NCBI GenBank assembly: GCA_963819195.1
Contig: CAWFVL010000012.1
Coordinates: 7,561-71,560 of the forward strand
Direction: 5' to 3'
Origin: an uncultured Gammaproteobacteria bacterium
GTDB taxonomy: Bacteria > Pseudomonadota > Gammaproteobacteria > Steroidobacterales > Steroidobacteraceae
Length of the DNA: 64,000 bases
In this document: positions 56,387 to 64,000 of the stretch, piece by piece
Position numbering within the stretch: the stretch's first letter is position 1
Layout: every line of letters begins with the position of its first letter
Program-made: the position numbers and the translations under genes
Notes under the pieces: generated by a model
Databases searched by the model: none
Seen by the model: the letters and a program-made list of their open reading frames with translations, nothing else
Told to the model about the DNA's origin: nothing

Positions 56387-56881
56387 ATGAGCGTGCCGGA
56401 CGACTTGGCCCTGCAGTCCCTGGCCGAACGCGCAGGCAGTGTGCTGCTCGAACGTCGGCGGCGGGTGGTGGTGGCGGAGTCCTGCACCGGCGGCTGGGTG
56501 GCCAAATGCCTGACCGACATACCCGGCAGCTCGCAGTGGTTCGAGCGCGGTTTCGTGACTTACTCAAATGCGGCCAAGGAGCAGTCTCTGGGCGTAGCCG
56601 CCAGCGTGCTCGAAACCTTCGGGGCTGTGAGCCGGCCGGCAGCGGAGCAGATGGCGGCCGGAGCCCTGCACCACAGCGATGCGGCGCTGGCCGTCGCCAT
56701 CACCGGGATCGCTGGCCCGGATGGCGGTACGGAGCAGAAGCCGGTTGGCCTGGTCTGGTTCGCGCGGGCGCAGCGCGATGCCGCACCTCTGGCGCTCGAG
56801 GAGCACTTTGGGGGCGACCGGGACGCCGTCCGCCGTGCCGCCGTTGCCACGGCACTGCGCCTGATCATCGCGGCACCTTAA
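56387..56881 (+). CDS. pncC: CinA C-terminal-domain protein / nicotinamide-nucleotide amidohydrolase PncC
   Basis: 164 aa with VAESCTGGWVAKCLTDIPGSS and ITGIAGPDGG motifs. Conserved position upstream of recA. Confidence 0.8.
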   Translation: MSVPDDLALQSLAERAGSVLLERRRRVVVAESCTGGWVAKCLTDIPGSSQWFERGFVTYSNAAKEQSLGVAASVLETFGAVSRPAAEQMAAGALHHSDAALAVAITGIAGPDGGTEQKPVGLVWFARAQRDAAPLALEEHFGGDRDAVRRAAVATALRLIIAAP

Positions 56882-56897
56882 GGACGCGCGGGTCAGA

Positions 56898-57467
56898 TTG
56901 GTGGGCACGCGGCGGCTGTTCTTTGCGCTATGGCCGGGCGGGGATTTCATAGCCCGTATGCGCGCGGCCGCAGCCCCCCTCGACCAGGTGGGAGGCCGAG
57001 CCGTGGCAGACCTCGATCTGCACCTGACTCTGTGCTTTCTGGGCGCGGTGGATGAGTCCAGCCTGCCGGCGCTGTGTGAACGCGTGAGCGCGTTGCAGCT
57101 GCCGCCGTTCCAGCTGGAGTTCGGGGCAATTGAGTATTGGCCGCGCTCGCGGGTTCTGGCGGCCACGAGCGCGACTGTGCCTGCGGCGGGGGTCGCGCTT
57201 GCAGGGGCCCTGCACGCACAGGCGCGCGCCCTGGGTCTGCGTACCGATGAGCGTCCGCTCCGGGCGCACGTGACGCTGTCGCGCGGATTGGCCGCGAGTC
57301 CCGGGCTTGCAGCGGCGCCATGTAAGCTGTCACCGCCCCTCTCGCTGGCGGCGAGCAACTTTTATCTGGCGCAAAGTCAGCAGCTTGAGGCGACATCTGC
57401 AGGCAGCCTCGCGCCTTGCCGCTACGCACGACTTGCGGCATGGCCGTTACGCGCGCATTTGCAGTGA
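56898..57467 (+). CDS. thpR: RNA 2',3'-cyclic phosphodiesterase (2'-5' RNA ligase family, ThpR/LigT)
   Basis: 189 aa with two HxT/S motifs (HLTLCFLG and HVTLSRG) and N-terminus RLFFALWP. Confidence 0.75.
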   Translation: MVGTRRLFFALWPGGDFIARMRAAAAPLDQVGGRAVADLDLHLTLCFLGAVDESSLPALCERVSALQLPPFQLEFGAIEYWPRSRVLAATSATVPAAGVALAGALHAQARALGLRTDERPLRAHVTLSRGLAASPGLAAAPCKLSPPLSLAASNFYLAQSQQLEATSAGSLAPCRYARLAAWPLRAHLQ

Positions 57468-57576
57468 CCTGCGCCCCTTTTGGACCCGCGCTGCCGCCCC
57501 CATTGTGGGATAATTGAGCATCCCCGAAACCGCTGCCGCTGATGGAAGGACCACACCGATGGAAAGAACCGCCGCC

Positions 57577-58570
<994 letters not shown>

Positions 58571-58593
<23 letters not shown>

Positions 58594-59074
58594 GCGCGCC
58601 CTCGAACCGGGCCAATCGACCGACACCCAGGCTGCTGGCAATGCGGCGGTCGTGCTGCTGGCGCGGCGCGATTTCTGTTCTCGGGAGCTCGCCGACAAGC
58701 TCAGCGCCCAGGGCTACGAGATCGAAACCGTGCAGGCCGTGGTCACTGAGCTCTGCGAGCGCGGCTACATCAATGACGAGCGCTACGCGCAGCAGTATGT
58801 GGTGCTGCATGCGGAGCGCGGCCACGGTCCGCGGCGCATCGAGCGCGATCTGTTGCAGCTCGGGCTCGATTCCGGATTGATCGAGGCGGCGCTGGCCGCG
58901 GGCGAGGACTGGGCCCAGCGTGCGCGCGAGCTGCGCATCCGCCGCTTCGGGTTGCAGGTGCCCGCCGACTGGCAGTCAAAGGCGAAACAAGCCCGGTTTT
59001 TGCAATACCGGGGCTTTTCCAACGATCATATCCGTGCGGCACTGGATTCCGAGGTTAGCGACGATTTGTCATGA
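58571..59074 (+). CDS. recX: RecA regulator RecX
   Basis: 167 aa, overlapping the recA 3' end. Has a three-repeat helical RecX-like sequence (…[14 protein letters not shown]…). Confidence 0.8.
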
Positions 59075-61707
59075 CAAATAAGCCCCCTTTCATGAGTGCG
59101 GCCGATGTGCGGCGCACCTTTCTTGATTACTTCCGCGAGCACGGGCACACCATTGTGCCTTCCTCTTCGCTGGTGCCCGGTAACGATCCGACGCTGCTGT
59201 TCACCAATGCCGGCATGGTGCAGTTCAAGGACGTGTTCCTCGGCAAGGAGACGCGCGATTACGTGCGCGCCGCCACCAGCCAGCGCTGCGTGCGCGCGGG
59301 TGGCAAGCACAACGATCTCGAAAACGTGGGCTACACGGCGCGCCATCACACCTTCTTCGAGATGCTCGGCAATTTCTCCTTCGGCGACTATTTCAAGCGC
59401 GAAGCCATCCGCCTGGCATGGGATTTCGTCACCAGGCGGCTCAAGCTGGACCCGGCACGGCTGTGGGTTACGGTTTACCGCGAAGACGATGAGGCCGCGC
59501 AGATCTGGACCCGCGACATCGGCATCGACCCGGCGCGCGTGACGCGCATGGGTGAGAAGTCCAACTTCTGGGCCATGGGCGACACGGGACCCTGTGGGCC
59601 GTGCAGCGAGATCTTTTTTGACCATGGTCCGGAAGTGCCGGGCGGACCGCCGGGCTCACCGGAAGAGGACGGAGACCGCTTCGTCGAGATCTGGAACCTG
59701 GTCTTCATGCAGTACGACCGCACGGCCGATGGCAAGCTGACGCCGCTGCCGAAACCCTCGGTCGATACCGGTGCTGGCCTCGAGCGCGTGGCCGCGATCA
59801 TGCAGGGCGTGCAGTCAAACTACGACATCGACCTGTTCCGCGACCTGATCAGCGCGGCGGCCAGCGTGACCGGAACCACGGAAATCGACTCGCCTTCGCT
59901 GCGCGTCATCGCGGATCACATCCGCGCCTGCAGTTTCCTCATCGTCGATGGTGTGATGCCCTCGAACGAAGGCCGCGGCTACGTACTGCGCCGGATCATC
60001 CGTCGCGCGGTGCGTCACGGCTACAAGCTCGGTCAATCCGAGCCCTTCTTCCACAAGCTGGTGCCGGCGCTGGTGGTCGCGATGGGCGACTCCTACCCTG
60101 AACTCAAGCGCGAGGCGCCCCAGGTCACGCGCATCCTCAAGCTGGAGGAGGAGCGCTTTGCCGAGACGCTGGTGGCGGGTATGGCGCAGTTCGATGCGCG
60201 CATGCAGGAAACCGCTGGCGCGACCGTACCCGGAGCTCTGGTGTTCCTGTTGCACGACACCTATGGGTTTCCACCAGATCTGACCGCCGACATCGCGCGT
60301 GAGCGGCAGCTCTCGGTGGATATGGAGGGCTACGAGCGCGAGATGGAGGCGCAACGCGAGCGCGCGCGCGCGGCGAGCCGCTTCGGTGTCGATCAGCGTG
60401 ATGGCGCGCAGGTGGCAGGCCGCAGCGAATTCCGCGGCTACGAGGAACTGAAGTCGCAAGGGCACGTGTTGGCGCTGTTGCGCAATGGCGCCCACGTCGA
60501 ATCGCTGGAGTCAGGCGAGCAGGGTGAGGTCGTGCTCGACCGCACGCCCTTCTACGCTGAGTCGGGTGGGCAGATCGGGGATAGCGGGGAACTCACCGCA
60601 ACGCCCGGCACGCGCTTTGTCGTCGAGGACACGCAGAAGCGCGGTGCGGTGCACGCGCACCGCGGCAAGCTCCTGGGTGGCTCGCTCAAAATCGGCGATG
60701 CGCTCGAGGCGCATGTCGACGCGGAGCGGCGCCAGGCGATTCGGCTCAACCACTCGGCGACGCACCTGTTGCATGCGGCGTTGCGCAATGTGCTGGGCAC
60801 GCACGTGGTGCAGAAGGGCTCGCTGGTGGCGGCGGACCGGCTGCGTTTCGATTTCTCGCACTTCCAGCCGGTGACGCCCGAAGAATTGCAACGGATCGAA
60901 CGCATGGTCAATGCCGAGATTCGCGCCAACAACGAGGCGGCGACGAAGCACATGGATTATGAAGATGCCATCCAGGCGGGGGCGATGGCGCTGTTCGGAG
61001 AGAAGTACGACAAGCGTGTGCGAGTGCTGTCCTTCGGCGGGTTTTCCACCGAGCTGTGCGGCGGCACGCATGTGGCGCGCACCGGCGACATCGGCTTGTT
61101 CCATATCATCAGCGAATCGGGCGTGGCCGCCGGGGTACGCCGTATCGAAGCCGTGACGGGGCAGGGCGCCCTCGATTACGTCGAGCACGTCGATGAGGTT
61201 CTCGGTAATGTCGCGCACCTGGTGCATGGATCGCGCGATGAAACCGCCGTCAAGGTGCGCGAGGCTCTGGAGCGCATACGCGCGCTGGAAAAGGAGAATC
61301 GCGCGCTCAGGGACAAGCTGGCGATGAGTTCCGGACGCGACCTGGCCGCCTCCGCGATCGATATTGAGGGCGTCAAAGTGCTGGCCACGCGCGTCGATGG
61401 CGCTGATGCAGGTGCGCTGCGATCGGCGCTGGATCAGTTGAAGAGCCGGCTTGGTTCCGCAGTCATCGTGCTCGGTTCGGTAGAGTCCGATACCAAGGTG
61501 TTGCTCGTGGCCGGCGTCACCGCCGATCAGACTGCGCGCGTTCGCGCGGGGGAACTAATCGGCAGCATCGCGGCTCAAATAGGCGGAAAAGGCGGTGGAC
61601 GGCCGGATTTCGCGCAAGCCGGCGGCAACAATCCACAGACACTCGATCAAGCGCTCGCAAGTGTTGCGCCGTGGGTACGTTCGCGACTCGAGACTGCAGG
61701 ACATTGA
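59071..61707 (+). CDS. alaS: alanine--tRNA ligase
   Basis: 878 aa with [18 protein letters not shown], an editing-domain HxxxH...CGGTH motif and a C-terminal DHHA1-like region. Confidence 0.97.
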   Translation: MTNKPPFMSAADVRRTFLDYFREHGHTIVPSSSLVPGNDPTLLFTNAGMVQFKDVFLGKETRDYVRAATSQRCVRAGGKHNDLENVGYTARHHTFFEMLGNFSFGDYFKREAIRLAWDFVTRRLKLDPARLWVTVYREDDEAAQIWTRDIGIDPARVTRMGEKSNFWAMGDTGPCGPCSEIFFDHGPEVPGGPPGSPEEDGDRFVEIWNLVFMQYDRTADGKLTPLPKPSVDTGAGLERVAAIMQGVQSNYDIDLFRDLISAAASVTGTTEIDSPSLRVIADHIRACSFLIVDGVMPSNEGRGYVLRRIIRRAVRHGYKLGQSEPFFHKLVPALVVAMGDSYPELKREAPQVTRILKLEEERFAETLVAGMAQFDARMQETAGATVPGALVFLLHDTYGFPPDLTADIARERQLSVDMEGYEREMEAQRERARAASRFGVDQRDGAQVAGRSEFRGYEELKSQGHVLALLRNGAHVESLESGEQGEVVLDRTPFYAESGGQIGDSGELTATPGTRFVVEDTQKRGAVHAHRGKLLGGSLKIGDALEAHVDAERRQAIRLNHSATHLLHAALRNVLGTHVVQKGSLVAADRLRFDFSHFQPVTPEELQRIERMVNAEIRANNEAATKHMDYEDAIQAGAMALFGEKYDKRVRVLSFGGFSTELCGGTHVARTGDIGLFHIISESGVAAGVRRIEAVTGQGALDYVEHVDEVLGNVAHLVHGSRDETAVKVREALERIRALEKENRALRDKLAMSSGRDLAASAIDIEGVKVLATRVDGADAGALRSALDQLKSRLGSAVIVLGSVESDTKVLLVAGVTADQTARVRAGELIGSIAAQIGGKGGGRPDFAQAGGNNPQTLDQALASVAPWVRSRLETAGH

Positions 61708-61895
61708 CGAAAATTAACTTTCCCTTCTCTTGACTTTAATGTGAACTGTAACGATCGAGACAGTTCGCTGTAGAAATGAATTGAAATTGCCGGCCGTCGC
61801 AGTAACCTGCTTACCCCGGATTCCGGCGCCCGCTGCCAGAGAGTGTCGCGCCACGGGCCGCATCGAGCGGCGATGCACTATCGGAGGAATGAGCA

Positions 61896-62081
61896 GTGCT
61901 GATCCTGACGCGTCGAGTGGGTGAGACCGTAATGATCGGTGACGAGGTCACCGTAACGGTACTGCGCGTCAAGGGAAATCAGGTCCGTCTGGGAGTGAAC
62001 GCTCCCAAGACCATTTCGGTTCAGCGAGAAGAAATCTTTCACCGCATCAAGCGCGAGAATACCGAACCCCAGCCGAGCTGA
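61896..62081 (+). CDS. csrA: carbon storage regulator CsrA/RsmA
   Basis: 61 aa: (M)[49 protein letters not shown] start with GGAGGA located 8 nt upstream. Confidence 0.95.
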   Translation: MLILTRRVGETVMIGDEVTVTVLRVKGNQVRLGVNAPKTISVQREEIFHRIKRENTEPQPS

Positions 62082-62144
62082 ACCGAGCCCGCTCGGGACC
62101 CCGGCACCCGACGTCCCCTGGCACTTCCACAAACCCGCCTTTTT

Positions 62145-62173
62145 TTGCCCCGCCAGACCCGCTTGCGTATGAT
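62145..62173 (+). promoter_or_regulatory. candidate sigma70 promoter for tRNA-Ser
   Basis: TTGCCC - 17 nt - TATGAT. The -10 element ends 11 nt before the mature tRNA 5' end. Confidence 0.4.
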
Positions 62174-62184
62174 TGCGCCGCAAC

Positions 62185-62275
62185 GGAGAGATGGCCGAGT
62201 GGTCGAAGGCGCACCCCTGCTAAGGGTGTAAGGGTCAAAAGCCCTTCGAGGGTTCGAATCCCTCTCTCTCCGCCA
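62185..62275 (+). tRNA. tRNA-Ser (anticodon GCU)
   Basis: Folded by hand: acceptor stem GGAGAGA/TCTCTCC, D-arm GCC/GGC, anticodon stem CACCC/GGGTG with loop CTGCTAA (anticodon GCT). It also has a long variable arm AAGGG/CCCTT, T-arm GAGGG-TTCGAAT-CCCTC, discriminator G and an encoded CCA. Confidence 0.95.
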
Positions 62276-62442
62276 GTTTTCCTTCTCACGCTGTCTCGGG
62301 CGATCTCAAAAAAGACGAGAAAAAGCTGTAAAAACAGAGTATTTCGAGTCTCAAGCGGTTTCGGAACCGCGCTGACTGCCTCCCGCCGTTGCTGGTATAT
62401 TTGTTGGTACCTGCTCTCGGGCAGCCCGAAAAGTACCAACAG

Positions 62443-63630
62443 ATGCTCACCAATGCTCAGATTCGCAGCGCCAAACGTGCGCAGAAGCCCTGGAAGGTCG
62501 CGGACAGCGGCGGCCTGCATCTTCTCGTGGCACCCAACGGTGGCCGCTACTGGCGGTACAGCTATCGCTTCAACGGCAAGCAGAAGACGCTGGCGCTAGG
62601 CGTTTACCCTGACGTCACCCTCGCCATGGCGCGGGCGCGGCACCAGCGCGCGAGGCAACTCCTGGCGGATGCGGTTGATCCCGGCGCTGAGCGTGAGACA
62701 TCGCAGAAGACGTTCGAGGTGGTGGCGCGCGAATGGCATACGCACTGGAAGGCCAACCGGCATGAGCGGCACGCGTACTACGTGCTGCGCCGCCTGGAAG
62801 CCGACATCTTTCCCGAGATCGGCGCATCGAGGTTGTCGGATCTGACCACGGTGCATTTTCGGGATGCCGTCCAAAAGATCGAGCAACGCGGGGCGCTCGA
62901 CATCGCCAGGAGAGTTCTCAACACGTGTGGCCAGATCATGCGATACGCCATCGCCAACGATCTGGCGACCCACAATCCGGTCGCGAGCATCAAGCCGGCG
63001 GATGTGTTGAAGCCGCGCAAGCGCCGCAACTACGCCCGGATCGATGCCGCTGACCTGCCGTCTCTGCTGCACGCCATGGACACCTATGTGGGTTCCGAGC
63101 ACACGCGGTTGGCGTTGCAGCTGATGGCGCTCACGTTCGTGCGCACATCCGAATTGATCGGTGCATCGTGGTCGGAGATCGACACGGACGCCGCCCGGTG
63201 GAACATCCCGGCGCAGCGCATGAAGATGAAGACACCGCACATCGTCCCCTTGAGCAAGCAGGCGCTGGCCGTGCTGGGGAAGCTGCGGGAAATCTCATTC
63301 AGCAACGAGTTGATCTTCCCCGGTGACGTGAATTCCACGAAGCCGATGAGCAACAACACGCTACTCTTCGCCCTCTACCGGATGGGCTACCGCGGTCGCA
63401 TGACAGGTCATGGCTTTCGCGGCGTTGCTTCGACGATCCTTCACGAGCAGGGCTGGCCGCACGAACATATCGAGCTGCAGCTCGCGCACCAGGAGCGCAA
63501 CGCAGTCAGTGCGGCCTATAACCATGCGCTGTACCTTAAGCCACGCGCCGCGATGATGCAGGCTTGGGCCGATCACCTCGATGCCATGCGAAAGCTTGCG
63601 GAAGCCAGGCAGCAAGCGAAGGCTGCCTGA
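62443..63630 (+). CDS. int: P4/CP4-57-type tyrosine integrase (DUF4102 N-terminal arm-binding domain)
   Basis: ATG at 62443: MLTNAQIRSAKRAQKPWKVADSGGLHLLVAPNGGRYWRYSYRFNGKQKTLALGVYP. Catalytic region has ...HGFRGVAST...LAHQERNAVSAAYNHALY. Confidence 0.9.
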   Translation: MLTNAQIRSAKRAQKPWKVADSGGLHLLVAPNGGRYWRYSYRFNGKQKTLALGVYPDVTLAMARARHQRARQLLADAVDPGAERETSQKTFEVVAREWHTHWKANRHERHAYYVLRRLEADIFPEIGASRLSDLTTVHFRDAVQKIEQRGALDIARRVLNTCGQIMRYAIANDLATHNPVASIKPADVLKPRKRRNYARIDAADLPSLLHAMDTYVGSEHTRLALQLMALTFVRTSELIGASWSEIDTDAARWNIPAQRMKMKTPHIVPLSKQALAVLGKLREISFSNELIFPGDVNSTKPMSNNTLLFALYRMGYRGRMTGHGFRGVASTILHEQGWPHEHIELQLAHQERNAVSAAYNHALYLKPRAAMMQAWADHLDAMRKLAEARQQAKAA

Positions 63631-63639
63631 AGCCCAAGC

Positions 63640-63969
63640 TCAGCGTCCGCGAAACTCCGGATATTTCAGCGGACGGCCGCGGCACAGCGGCCGCGGAGCT
63701 GGAGCGCGCGGCCTCACGTTCGGTGTGTCCGGCGTCCTATAACCTTCAGGGTCCCTGATCCAAACCGCAAGATCGCTCGAGGCCCAGCCGCATGCACGAC
63801 CGCCCAAATGCACCGGGCGCGGAAAGCGCTGCGCGGCAATCCGGCGATAGAGCGTCGGCCGGCTGAGTGCGGTGACTCGCATGACGTCCTTGATGCGTAG
63901 GAATGCGGGTTCAGGATGCGCGTGTGGTGGTGCTGGCGTCTGATGATCGGACACAGGACTCATAAGCAA
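63640..63969 (-). CDS. alpA: AlpA-family phage/island transcriptional regulator (excisionase-like HTH)
   Basis: Contains FLRIKDVMRVTALSRPTLYRRIAAQRFPRPVHLGGRACGWASSDLAVWI, the AlpA/MerR-like HTH signature. The N- and C-terminal extents are uncertain. Confidence 0.75.
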   Translation of the reverse strand: MLMSPVSDHQTPAPPHAHPEPAFLRIKDVMRVTALSRPTLYRRIAAQRFPRPVHLGGRACGWASSDLAVWIRDPEGYRTPDTPNVRPRAPAPRPLCRGRPLKYPEFRGR

Positions 63970-64000
63970 CCTTGATGTGTGGCTCCGGTCGTTCAGGGGC

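Larger units (their letters stand above)
62276..64000. mobile_element. left end of an integrated genomic island / prophage-like element inserted at tRNA-Ser (continues beyond window)
   Basis: A tyrosine integrase and an AlpA-type regulator lie immediately 3' of the tRNA. GC content drops visibly in 62276-62440. The right boundary and cargo are not in the window. Confidence 0.6.

Noticed and set aside
57468-57576. Search for a LexA/SOS box upstream of recA.
   Set aside because: No CTGT-N8-ACAG or TTAG-N6-TACTA-like sequence is present by eye, so none is annotated. The absence is reported as a finding rather than a feature.
62082-62147. T7 run (62140-62146) after csrA as a possible intrinsic terminator.
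   Set aside because: No convincing GC-rich hairpin lies directly 5' of the T-run. Only distant short stems (CCGAG/CTCGG, GGGAC/GTCCC) are present. The T-run also overlaps the -35 of the putative tRNA promoter.

Overview
This is a high-GC gammaproteobacterial chromosome segment. The gene order resembles Xanthomonadales/Nevskiales-type genomes, but that lineage call is inference only. It holds about 55 protein genes and one tRNA. The backbone is conserved housekeeping. On the plus strand: the distal dcw cluster (mraY fragment, murD, ftsW, murG, murC, murB, ddl, ftsQ, ftsA, ftsZ), then lpxC, a DUF721 gene, an M23 peptidase, secA and mutT. A long minus-strand block follows: pilS-pilR-pilA-pilB-pilC-pilD-coaE-zapD-yacG. 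After that come sucCD, nadE, bamD, rluD, pgeF, a ZIP transporter, clpB, apt, aspS, mutS, and cinA/pncC-thpR-recA-recX-alaS-csrA-tRNA-Ser(GCU). The window ends at the left edge of an integrated element (P4-type integrase plus AlpA) at the tRNA-Ser. I found no CRISPR array, restriction, abortive-infection or toxin-antitoxin-like module, or other obvious defence system. I do not think the sequence supports a claim of a clear-cut new system. The points worth a second look are: (1) pilD is split by a single-nucleotide frameshift. (2) A textbook sigma54 / IHF / PilR-UAS architecture lies upstream of pilA. (3) Three accessory insertions in the conserved backbone each encode a group-transfer enzyme fused to a repeat or helical domain: an FkbM methyltransferase, a TPR-sulfotransferase, and two TPR-GT41 O-GlcNAc-transferase-like paralogs. 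(4) The sulfotransferase sits next to two exported proteins that share a two-Cys module, one of them very Tyr-rich. (5) The GT41 paralogs are a tandem duplication whose last 810 bp are identical. (6) SucD carries a roughly 93-aa Lys/Arg/Ala/Pro repeat tail.
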